This document shows positions 22,147-30,594 of a stretch of 64,000 nucleotides of DNA, piece by piece (the stretch's first letter is position 1; the number at the start of each line of letters is the position of its first letter). The notes under the pieces are model-generated. The model ran no database searches, was not told the origin of the DNA, and saw only the letters and a program-made list of their open reading frames with translations. This stretch comes from an uncultured Gemmatimonadaceae bacterium (lineage in GTDB: Bacteria > Gemmatimonadota > Gemmatimonadetes > Longimicrobiales > RSA9): positions 24,671-88,670 of the forward strand of contig CAYQCY010000002.1 of the NCBI GenBank assembly GCA_964416095.1, read 5' to 3'. A program made the position numbers and the translations under genes.

Positions 22147-23916
22147 ATGGCGGACGGACCCGGCGAGACCATGGATGAGCTCGACCTGACGCTCCCGCCC
22201 CGGGAGCTCGAGGTCTCGGATGTCGAGACGCTGCTCTCGACGTTGGGGAAGGCCGTCCGTGCGTTCCAGATCTACAAGGCCAACAACCCGGTGCTGCAGC
22301 GCTTCATCGAGGCGCTGCGGGACGGGTTCGAAGGACTCTGGGACAAGACGGACCGCCTGGAGCTCCGCGTGGTGGAGAAAGGCCTGCGTTGGGGGGACCG
22401 GACCTTCTCCATGGGCGAGGGCCGCGAGAACCTCGCCTTCCTCTTCTACAAGGACGGCATCCGCTACCTGACCTTCCTGCCCGGCTTCGAGGACGAGATG
22501 CCCGCCTTCCTCGAGGTCGTGCACCGGGCGCGGCAACTGGACCATGATGCCGAGGACGACCTCATCACGCTCCTCTGGGAGCAGGACTTCGCATCGTTCC
22601 AGTACGGCTACATGGACCAGCTCGTGGAGGGGCTCACGCTGCCGGAGGCGGAGGGGAGAGAGCCGGAGCAGGTGACGCCGACCACGGTGCAAACGGACGC
22701 CGTGGACCGCGGTGCGGAACGGGCGGACTCCGGCCAGCCCGTGTCCCTGGTGGACGACGAGGAGCCCGTACAGCCCCTGGGCACCGTGTCCCGGGATGAC
22801 TTCGAGGACACGCTCTACTTCCTGGATCCGTCCGAGCTGGCGACACTCGAGAAGGAAGTGTCGTTGGAGATGGAGCGTGACCTCCACACGGCTGTCCTCC
22901 GCGCCCTGTTCGACCGGGTCGAGGACCCGGATGAGAAACGTCAGCGCGAGGTCCTGGACATCCTCGACCAGTTGCTCCCCATCTTCCTGAGCCGTGGCCA
23001 CCTGTCCTCCGCCGCCCACGTCCTCAAGGAGCTCGATGCCCTGAAGGCCGGCGATGTGCTGGGCGGCGAGTTGAGCGGGCGCGTGGAGCAGCTCTTCGAG
23101 ACGCTCAGCCAGCCCTCGATCCTGGAACAGTTCGTGGAGATCCTCGAGCATGGCCAGATGGAGCTGGACGCAGCCGATCTCGGCCTCTTCTTCGCGCGGC
23201 TCCGGCCCAAAGCCTTGCCCGTCCTCATCCGGTCGGCCCAGCTCACGGAGGTGGAGAGCGTCCGTACCCGGCTCCATGCGGCCATCGACGGGCTGGCCCA
23301 GTCACACCCGAACGAGGTGATGGCCCTCTTCCGGGCCGAGGACCCCGCCATCCTCCGGGGCGCCGCGGCGCTGGCGGGCCGAACCGGAATGAACCAGGCC
23401 ACCCCCGCGCTGAAGGCGTTGTTGAACAGCCACGAGGATGCGGACGTGCGCCTTGCCGTGGCCCGGGCCCTCATCGCCATCCGGTCCACGGCGACGCTGA
23501 CCGTGCTCATCGACGCCCTGGAAGACGATGAGCGCGAGGTCCGGGTCGCCGCGGCCCGCGGCCTTGCCGCCGCACGCTTCGCCTCGGCCAAGGAACGGCT
23601 CGCGGCGCTCATCGACAGCAAGCAGGTGCGTGAGGCGGACCTCACCGAGATGATCGCCTTCTTCGAGGCGTACGGCATCATCGGCGGTGCGTCCGCCGTC
23701 GCCACCCTCGACGAGATGCTCAACTACAAAGGGATGCTGGGTCGCCGGAATCCGGCGGAACAGCGGGCCTGCGCCGCCCTGGCCCTGGGCAAGATCGGGA
23801 CGCCGGAGGCCCGGAAGGCCCTGCAAGACGCCGGCGGAGACGAAGATCCCGTGGTCCGGAACGCCGTGAACCGGGCACTCCGCGGAGAAGACGCCGACAC
23901 CGCGGGAAGCGCGTGA
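22147..23916 (+). CDS. HEAT-repeat protein with uncharacterised N-terminal domain
   Basis: ATG 22147 lies 13 nt after the trpB stop. C-terminal HEAT/PBS-lyase-like repeats (DADVRLAVARALIAI, DDEREVRVAAARGLA, EDPVVRNAVNRAL). The N-terminal ~130 aa is similar to the N-terminus of the next protein. Confidence 0.75.
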   Translation: MADGPGETMDELDLTLPPRELEVSDVETLLSTLGKAVRAFQIYKANNPVLQRFIEALRDGFEGLWDKTDRLELRVVEKGLRWGDRTFSMGEGRENLAFLFYKDGIRYLTFLPGFEDEMPAFLEVVHRARQLDHDAEDDLITLLWEQDFASFQYGYMDQLVEGLTLPEAEGREPEQVTPTTVQTDAVDRGAERADSGQPVSLVDDEEPVQPLGTVSRDDFEDTLYFLDPSELATLEKEVSLEMERDLHTAVLRALFDRVEDPDEKRQREVLDILDQLLPIFLSRGHLSSAAHVLKELDALKAGDVLGGELSGRVEQLFETLSQPSILEQFVEILEHGQMELDAADLGLFFARLRPKALPVLIRSAQLTEVESVRTRLHAAIDGLAQSHPNEVMALFRAEDPAILRGAAALAGRTGMNQATPALKALLNSHEDADVRLAVARALIAIRSTATLTVLIDALEDDEREVRVAAARGLAAARFASAKERLAALIDSKQVREADLTEMIAFFEAYGIIGGASAVATLDEMLNYKGMLGRRNPAEQRACAALALGKIGTPEARKALQDAGGDEDPVVRNAVNRALRGEDADTAGSA

Positions 23917-25367
23917 TGACGACGACGAACGGCGCACCCCTGGTCGACAGCGGCGGGGCCCTGCAGCGGCACGGCCAGACCCTTCTGTACGCCTTCTACT
24001 CGGCACTCCAGGCGATGAAGCTCTACCCCCTCGAGAACGCCACCGTTCAGAAGGCCATCGACGAGCTCCACAAGATCGCGTCGCGCATCGCCGAGCGTGA
24101 GCAGGTGGTGGACGTCAGCTTCGTGGGCGACTTCGTCTTCCTGAACGACGTGCGCCTGCGCCTGGACCTGTCGAGCTACGCGGCGTACTCCCTCGTTTCC
24201 AACTCATTCTCCCGCAATGGCATAGGGGATCTCGAGATCCACCAGGGGGTGGAGCGGTCCGAGTGGCCGCCGTTCCTGTCGCTGCTGATGGAGAAGGTCG
24301 GCGAGGACGAGGAGGACCCGTTCCGGCGGTTCATGAACCGGCTGGCAAGGACGGCGGTGGAGCACATCCGAGTGGGTCCGGAACCGGAGCGGCGTGACCC
24401 CGGGGTGGAGAAGGAGGGGTCGAAGGAGGCGGCGAAGCGGGCGTACGCCCAGACGGTGCAGGTTGCGCACGACGTGCTGACGGACGTGCGTTTGGGCCGG
24501 GCGGTCAACGTGCGGCGGGTGAAGCGGGCGGTCCAGTCCATCGTGGATCAGGTGCTGAACAACGAGACGTCGATCGTGGGGATGACGACGCTACGGGATT
24601 ACGACGAGTACACGTTCACGCACTCGGTGAACGTGTGCATTTTCAGCGTCGTGCTGGGCCAGAAGCTGGGCCTGGACAAGCTGCAGCTGTACGAGCTGGG
24701 TCTCGGGGCACTCTTCCACGACATCGGCAAGATGCGGATCGACCCGGAGATCACGAACAAGCCGGAGGCGTTGTCGGACGAGGAGTTCGAGATGATGAAG
24801 CAGCACCCTACGGAGGGGCTGCTGGCGCTCTTCAACATGCACGGGTTCGGGCACGTTCCGTTCCGGGCCATGCTCATGGCGTACGAGCATCACATGAAGA
24901 CGGACCTGACGGGCTACCCGCCGAACAAGCGGGAGCGGAAGCCGACGCTGTTCAGCCGGATCGTGGCGGTGGCGGACGGGTTTGACGCGGCTACATCGCA
25001 GCGGGCGTACCAGACGGCGTGGCGGCCGGAGGATGCGTTGCGGGAGATGAAGGACAACCCGCGTCGAGGCTTCGACCAGCTACTGGTCAAGGCCATGATC
25101 AACGTCACGGGAATCTACCCGGTGGGGCAGGTCGTGATCCTGGACACGTACGAGCTGGGCGTGGTCGTGGCGCCGAACCCGGACCCGAAGAAGCTGAACC
25201 AGCCGGTGGTGAAGATCATCATCGACTCCATGGGGATCCCGCTGCCGGAGCCGCAGACGGTGGACCTCGGGGAGGTAGACCCGGAGACCGGCGAGGCCCG
25301 TCGCACGGTCATCAAGACGACCGATCCGGAGCGGTATGGCATCAAGGTCAGCGACTACTTCGTCTGA
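23913..25367 (+). CDS. HD-GYP-like domain protein (degenerate GYP motif) with uncharacterised N-terminal domain
   Basis: HSVNVCIFSVVLG...LGALFHDIGK...YEHHMKTDLTGYPP...VAVADGFDAATSQRAY. Start is GTG 23913 or ATG 23916, overlapping the upstream TGA. Confidence 0.82.
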   Translation: MMTTTNGAPLVDSGGALQRHGQTLLYAFYSALQAMKLYPLENATVQKAIDELHKIASRIAEREQVVDVSFVGDFVFLNDVRLRLDLSSYAAYSLVSNSFSRNGIGDLEIHQGVERSEWPPFLSLLMEKVGEDEEDPFRRFMNRLARTAVEHIRVGPEPERRDPGVEKEGSKEAAKRAYAQTVQVAHDVLTDVRLGRAVNVRRVKRAVQSIVDQVLNNETSIVGMTTLRDYDEYTFTHSVNVCIFSVVLGQKLGLDKLQLYELGLGALFHDIGKMRIDPEITNKPEALSDEEFEMMKQHPTEGLLALFNMHGFGHVPFRAMLMAYEHHMKTDLTGYPPNKRERKPTLFSRIVAVADGFDAATSQRAYQTAWRPEDALREMKDNPRRGFDQLLVKAMINVTGIYPVGQVVILDTYELGVVVAPNPDPKKLNQPVVKIIIDSMGIPLPEPQTVDLGEVDPETGEARRTVIKTTDPERYGIKVSDYFV

Positions 25368-26154
25368 TTCGGATCCCCTGGCCGCCCGGTTCGCAGGCTG
25401 GGCCGGGGCCGGGCGGCGTGCATTGATCCCCTACCTGACGGCGGGCTTTCCGACACCGGACCGGACGGTCCCGCTCCTCCGGGCGCTGGCCGGCGCCGGC
25501 GCCGACGTGATCGAGCTCGGGGTTCCCTTCAGCGATCCGCTGGCGGACGGTCCTACGATCCAGCGCGCGTCCCAGTTGGCCATCCAGGCCGGTGGCTGCC
25601 TCGCAGGTGCGCTGGACGCGTTGCGAGCCTTCCGGGCGGATGCGGATACCGCCGTGGTGCTGTTCAGCTACCTGAACCCGGTACTCCGGTACGGCGTGGA
25701 CCGGTTCCTGGAGGATGCGGTGGGGGCGGGGGCGGACGGCGTGCTGCTGACGGACCTGCCGTTGGGATCGGATCCGGACCTGGAGTCGAAGTTCGAGGGC
25801 GCGTCGATCTCGCTGGTCCGGCTCATTGCCCCTACGACGTCCTGGAGCCGGGCGCTGGACATTGCGCGCCACGCGCAGGGCTTCGTCTATTTCATCTCCC
25901 GGACGGGAGTCACGGGAACGCGGCGGGAGCTCCCGCCGGAGCTCACGGAGGCTGTGGGCCATCTCCGTGGCGCCGCGGCTGTGCCGGTGGCGGTGGGGTT
26001 CGGCATCTCCACGCCGGAGCATGCGGCCCGGGTGGCGACGGTCGCCGACGGTGTCGTGGTGGGGAGCGCCCTGATCGAGGCTATCGAGCGGGACGGAGAG
26101 GATGGCGCGACCCGGTTCCTGTCCGAACTGCGCGCGGCCATGGACGCGGTCTGA
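25336..26154 (+). CDS. trpA: tryptophan synthase alpha chain
   Basis: LIPYLTAGFP..., ELGVPFSDPLADGPTIQ, YFISRTGVTG. ATG 25336 overlaps the upstream ORF by 32 nt, so the true start could be later. Confidence 0.9.
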   Translation: MASRSATTSSDSDPLAARFAGWAGAGRRALIPYLTAGFPTPDRTVPLLRALAGAGADVIELGVPFSDPLADGPTIQRASQLAIQAGGCLAGALDALRAFRADADTAVVLFSYLNPVLRYGVDRFLEDAVGAGADGVLLTDLPLGSDPDLESKFEGASISLVRLIAPTTSWSRALDIARHAQGFVYFISRTGVTGTRRELPPELTEAVGHLRGAAAVPVAVGFGISTPEHAARVATVADGVVVGSALIEAIERDGEDGATRFLSELRAAMDAV

Positions 26155-26176
26155 GCCGGGTCCGACGCCTCTTTGG

Positions 26177-27874
26177 CTAGGCCCTGAGCCTCCGTTCGAG
26201 GGCCTCGTCGGGCTCGACGAACACGGTCTCGACCCGGTCCGGGGCGACCAGGCCCGGGGGCGCGTTCCGGGGCTTCCTGACGTATTTCCGGCGGGTCCAG
26301 TCCACGGGCACCGTCCCCGACGTGCGGGCCTTGCTGTGCCACGCGGCCAGCGCCGCGGCCTCGTGGAGGTCCCGCTTGGGCGGGTTCTGCTCCCGGTTCG
26401 GCCAGCGCAGCACGACGTGGGCACCGGCCGCGTCCCGGGCGTGGAGCCAGATGTCGTCCGGGGACGAATGGTGGAAGGTCAGGGCATCGTTGGCCTTGCG
26501 GCCGCGCCCTACCCGGACCTCGAGGCCGCCGGAGGTGCGGTACGTGCGGTAGGGGAGCCTCTTCCCCTGACTTCGTGGGCCTTTGTCCCGGTCCGCCTCG
26601 AGATCGGCCAGGAGCTGGCGTAGCCCGTCGTGGTCGGGCGTGCCGCCCTCGACGCCTTCGAGGAGCGCCTCGAGTCGCTGCAGCCTCGCTTCGGTGGCGG
26701 CCACCACGGCCGGAAGCTTCTCCGCCGCCCGTTCCCGCTTGGCCGCCTGCTCGTACATGAGCTCCGCGTTGTGCGCCGGGCTCTTGCCCGGATCCAGCGA
26801 CACCTCGACCGTCTCTCCCGAGAAGTCCTCCAGCTCGACCCGTTCCCGGCCCCTCTCCACCTGGTTCAGGCGCGCAAGGAGCAGGTCGGCCCGGGAGCGC
26901 AGGGTCAGAGCCGCGTCCGGAGCCGCCCGCAGCTCGGCACGAAGGGCTTCGAGCCTGCGCTCGAGGGACGCCCTGTGCTCTTCAAGGCGGTCCAGGGCTT
27001 CGGGGGTGACCGCCGCCTCCGCCTCGGGATGCGTCACGGCCGCCATGGCGTCCAGGATGGTATCCACGGGCTCGTCGGCCACGCCCGGCAGGGGCACGGG
27101 GTAGGCGGTGGGCCCGCGCGGCAGGTCCAGCACGCGGGGCGCCGGATCCGGTGCCGACGGCGGCGCCAGCGTCCGGTAGCGCTCGAGTGCATCGGGCAGC
27201 GCCCGGTCCGCGTCGGCTCGGGACGCGTCCGGATCCCCCGCGCGTCCGAGGATGGCGCCGGCGTTCAGCGGGCTCGTCCACGCCACGGACCGTACCAGGG
27301 CTCGCCGTCGGTCCCGGGGTGCCTCATGGCCCAGCAGGCGGTTCCAGGTCCCGGCCGTGAGCACCTCGTCGTGCCCGGCCCGGGGTCCGCCCGGCGGCTG
27401 GGGCGCAGTGTACACGGCACCCGGCACGAGCCGGCGCCCGCCGGCCTCCCGGGACCAGAGAACCGCCGCGATGCGCCCACCGCCGTCCAGCGCCAGGGCG
27501 TTCCACTGATTCGTCAAGAGCTCCACGGTGAGGCGGTGGATCCGGCTCCTGCCCGCCCCGGAGAGCACGAAGGACAGGACCCGTTCATCACGAACCGCCT
27601 CCACGGCCGCGATGCGTCCCTGGCGGGGCAGCCGGATACGGCCCGCGGCGGCCGTGGCCTCGGGGTCGCGGACGGGCGGCCGGTCCAGGCGCTGCAGGCG
27701 GCCGCGGGCGGGGTGCAGCTCCCAGACCAGCACGACCCCGTCCAGCTCCAGGACGATCCGGCGTGCGGATGCATCCATCTCGAGGCCGCGAATGCGGCGT
27801 CGTACCAGCGTTTCGTCCAGCTCCCGGGCGAGGTGGTGGACCAGGAGCGAATCGTACAGGATCGGGTTTGACAC
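26177..27874 (-). CDS. NFACT-family protein (FbpA/RqcH-like: NFACT-N, coiled coil, NFACT-R/DUF814)
   Basis: N-terminus VSNPILYDSLLVHHLARELDETL, long Ala/Arg/Glu coiled coil, C-terminus GLEVRVGRGRKANDALTFHHSSPDDIWLHARDAAGAHVVL. GTG 27874 chosen. The track's longer start would overlap panB. Confidence 0.78.
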   Translation of the reverse strand: MSNPILYDSLLVHHLARELDETLVRRRIRGLEMDASARRIVLELDGVVLVWELHPARGRLQRLDRPPVRDPEATAAAGRIRLPRQGRIAAVEAVRDERVLSFVLSGAGRSRIHRLTVELLTNQWNALALDGGGRIAAVLWSREAGGRRLVPGAVYTAPQPPGGPRAGHDEVLTAGTWNRLLGHEAPRDRRRALVRSVAWTSPLNAGAILGRAGDPDASRADADRALPDALERYRTLAPPSAPDPAPRVLDLPRGPTAYPVPLPGVADEPVDTILDAMAAVTHPEAEAAVTPEALDRLEEHRASLERRLEALRAELRAAPDAALTLRSRADLLLARLNQVERGRERVELEDFSGETVEVSLDPGKSPAHNAELMYEQAAKRERAAEKLPAVVAATEARLQRLEALLEGVEGGTPDHDGLRQLLADLEADRDKGPRSQGKRLPYRTYRTSGGLEVRVGRGRKANDALTFHHSSPDDIWLHARDAAGAHVVLRWPNREQNPPKRDLHEAAALAAWHSKARTSGTVPVDWTRRKYVRKPRNAPPGLVAPDRVETVFVEPDEALERRLRA

Positions 27875-27896
27875 GTCCCGAAGATGCGTATAGCTT
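27868..27896 (+). promoter_or_regulatory. sigma70-like promoter of panB (TTGACA-N17-TAGCTT)
   Basis: TTGACA 27868-27873 and TAGCTT 27891-27896, about 70 nt upstream of ATG 27966. Confidence 0.4.
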
Positions 27897-27965
27897 CGCA
27901 CCACCGTCAACTGCAGGAATGGTGCGTATTTACGCGCTTTTCCCGACCCCGACCCTGGCTGACAG

Positions 27966-28790
27966 ATGAGCACCGGCGCCGACGGTGTGCGTCCCGTGAG
28001 GACGCGCGAGCTTCTGGAGATGAAGCGGCGTGGCGACGCCATCGTCGCCCTCACGGCGTACGACTACCTGTTCGCGCGCCTCGTCGACGCCGCCGGCGTG
28101 GACATCGTGCTGGTGGGCGACTCGCTGGGCCAGGTGGTGCTGGGCCACGATTCCACGATCCCGGTGACGCTGGACACCATGATCCATCACACGCGGGCCG
28201 TGCGGCGCGGCGTGAAGCGAGGGCTCGTGGTGCTGGACATGCCCTTCATGACCTACGGCGTCTCGGAGGAGGAGACGCTGCGGAACGCGGCCCGGGCGAT
28301 GCAGGTGGGCGGTGCGCAGGCCGTGAAGCTGGAGGGGGGCGGGGCCGAGATCTGCCGCCATGTCGAGCGCCTGGTCCACGCCGGCATCCCGGTCATGGGC
28401 CATATCGGGCTGACGCCGCAGTCCGTCCACGCACTGGGCGGCTACCGGGTCCAGGGCCGGGAGTCTGCGGAAGCCGACCGGCTGCGCAGCGAAGCGCGAG
28501 ACCTGGCCGAGGCCGGCTGCTTCGCCGTCGTCCTCGAGCTCGTCCCGGCGACGCTCGCGGGGGAGATCACCCGGGCCATCGAGATTCCCACCATCGGGAT
28601 CGGCGCCGGACCGGATGTGGACGGCCAGGTCCTCGTGCTCCACGACATGCTCGGGCTGAACGAGGCGTTCGCGCCGAAGTTCCTCAAGCGGTTCGCCGAC
28701 CTGGCGGGGGCGGCCCGGGAAGGCATCGAGGACTACGTGCAGGCCGTGCGCGAGCGGACGTACCCGTCCTCCGAGCATTCCCACGAGTGA
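27966..28790 (+). CDS. panB: 3-methyl-2-oxobutanoate hydroxymethyltransferase
   Basis: LTAYDYLFARLVDAAGVDIVLVGDSLG and VKLEGG. Confidence 0.95.
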   Translation: MSTGADGVRPVRTRELLEMKRRGDAIVALTAYDYLFARLVDAAGVDIVLVGDSLGQVVLGHDSTIPVTLDTMIHHTRAVRRGVKRGLVVLDMPFMTYGVSEEETLRNAARAMQVGGAQAVKLEGGGAEICRHVERLVHAGIPVMGHIGLTPQSVHALGGYRVQGRESAEADRLRSEARDLAEAGCFAVVLELVPATLAGEITRAIEIPTIGIGAGPDVDGQVLVLHDMLGLNEAFAPKFLKRFADLAGAAREGIEDYVQAVRERTYPSSEHSHE

Positions 28791-29620
28791 AGATCGTCGA
28801 GACGAAGGCGGCGGTCCGCAGCGAGCTGGCGCACCGGCGCTCGTCGCGTATCGCGCTGGTCCCCACGATGGGGTACCTGCACGAGGGGCACCTCTCCCTC
28901 GTGGACCGGGCCCGGGAAGTGGCCGATCACGTGGTGGTTTCCATCTTCGTCAACCCGCTCCAGTTCGGCGCCGGCGAGGACCTGGCCACCTACCCCCGGG
29001 ATCCGGACCGGGATGCGGCCCTGGCGCGGGAACGGGGCGTGGACCTGGTCTTCGCGCCGTCGGCCGAGGAGATGTACTCCGGGGAGTCGGCCGTGCGCAT
29101 CGTGCCGGTCCGCATGGCGGATCGCCTGTGCGGCGCCTTCCGGCCGGGCCATTTCGAGGGCGTGCTCACCGTGGTGGCCAAGCTGTTCAACGTGGTTCAG
29201 CCCGATGTGGCCGTGTTCGGGCAGAAGGACTACCAGCAGGCGGTCCTGATCCGGGCCATGGTCCGGGACCTGGACCTGCCGGTGGAGATCGACGTGGCGC
29301 GCATCGTGCGGGAGCCCGACGGGCTCGCCATGAGCTCCAGGAACGAGTACCTGGACGCCGCGGCACGGCGCCGGGCCACCCGGCTGTGGCAGGGGCTGCG
29401 GGCCGCGGCCGACGCCTTCCGGTCCGGCGAGCGGGACCCCGCCCGGCTGTGTGGATGGGTCGAGGATGCGCTGGGCGGAGCGGACATCGAGCCCCAGTAC
29501 GTGGAGCTGGTGGACCCCGAGACGTTGGAGCCCCTGGAACTCGCCCGGCCCGGTGGCGTACTTGCCGTCGCGGCCGTGGTCGACGGCACGCGCCTCATCG
29601 ACAACATCGTGCTGGAGTGA
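28787..29620 (+). CDS. panC: pantoate-beta-alanine ligase
   Basis: GTG 28787 overlaps the panB stop (GTGA). ALVPTMGYLHEGHLSLV and FVNPLQFG. Confidence 0.93.
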   Translation: MKIVETKAAVRSELAHRRSSRIALVPTMGYLHEGHLSLVDRAREVADHVVVSIFVNPLQFGAGEDLATYPRDPDRDAALARERGVDLVFAPSAEEMYSGESAVRIVPVRMADRLCGAFRPGHFEGVLTVVAKLFNVVQPDVAVFGQKDYQQAVLIRAMVRDLDLPVEIDVARIVREPDGLAMSSRNEYLDAAARRRATRLWQGLRAAADAFRSGERDPARLCGWVEDALGGADIEPQYVELVDPETLEPLELARPGGVLAVAAVVDGTRLIDNIVLE

Positions 29621-29626
29621 AGGGGT

Positions 29627-30013
29627 ATGGAGCGCACGCTCTGCAAGTCCAAGATCCACCGGGCGACGGTAACCGACGCCGACCTGGACTACGAGGGCTC
29701 GATCACGCTGGACCCGGTCCTCATGAACGCGGCGGACCTGGTGGAGTACGAACGGGTCCAGGTGTTGAACATCAACAACGGCAGCCGGTTCGAGACCTAC
29801 GTAATGAAGGGTGAGGCACGGTCCGGCGATGTGGTCCTGAACGGCGCGGCCGCGCGCCTGGTCCAGCCCGGCGACCGGGTCATCATCATCAGCTACGCCG
29901 CGTACGACGAGGCCGAGGTGGAGGACCACCGGCCCCGCCTCGTCTTCGTGGACGACGCCAACGCCATCCGCTCCATCGGTCCGGACGGCGACCTCCGGGT
30001 GCGCGAGGCCTGA
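29627..30013 (+). CDS. panD: aspartate 1-decarboxylase
   Basis: MERTLCKSKIHRATVTDADLDYEGSITLD, with the Gly-Ser self-processing site. Confidence 0.95.
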   Translation: MERTLCKSKIHRATVTDADLDYEGSITLDPVLMNAADLVEYERVQVLNINNGSRFETYVMKGEARSGDVVLNGAAARLVQPGDRVIIISYAAYDEAEVEDHRPRLVFVDDANAIRSIGPDGDLRVREA

Positions 30014-30015
30014 GG

Positions 30016-30594
30016 ATGCCCACCGCCACCGCGGTCCTCGAGGACGCCGCCGAAGGCCGGTTGCCGACCTGGGCCCGGGCGGGTTCGGGCCGCCGGGCCC
30101 ACATGGCCCGCGTGGCCGGCCTCCTGGACGAGTGGGCGGCGGCCCTGGACAGCGATCCGGACGACCGGATCCGGGCCCGGGCCGCCGCGTGGCTCCACGA
30201 CGCGCTGCGTGACGCGGATCCGGAATCCCTGCGACGCACCGTCGAGGAGGGATTGCGCGACCTGCCCGGCAAACTGATCCACGGGCCGGCGGTCGCCGCC
30301 CGGCTCCGGGCCGAGGGCGTCGAGGACGAGGGCCTGCTCCACGCCATCACCTACCACACCCTCGGCCATCCCGATTTCGACACGGTCGGCCGATTGCTCT
30401 ACATCGCCGACTTCCTGGAGCCCGGCCGCAGCTTTCGCCCCCTCTGGCGTGCCGTCCTGCGGAGCCGTATGCCCCACGCCGCGGACGAGGTGATCCGGGA
30501 CGTCGCGGCCGCCCGTGTCCGGCACCTCCTGGAGCGCGGCATGACCATCCGACCGGAAACCCTGGCGTTCTGGAACGCCATCACGCACCCATGA
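30016..30594 (+). CDS. HD-domain phosphohydrolase, YqeK-like
   Basis: AAWLHDALRD, LHAITYHTLGHPDF, LLYIADFLEPGR. Confidence 0.7.
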   Translation: MPTATAVLEDAAEGRLPTWARAGSGRRAHMARVAGLLDEWAAALDSDPDDRIRARAAAWLHDALRDADPESLRRTVEEGLRDLPGKLIHGPAVAARLRAEGVEDEGLLHAITYHTLGHPDFDTVGRLLYIADFLEPGRSFRPLWRAVLRSRMPHAADEVIRDVAAARVRHLLERGMTIRPETLAFWNAITHP

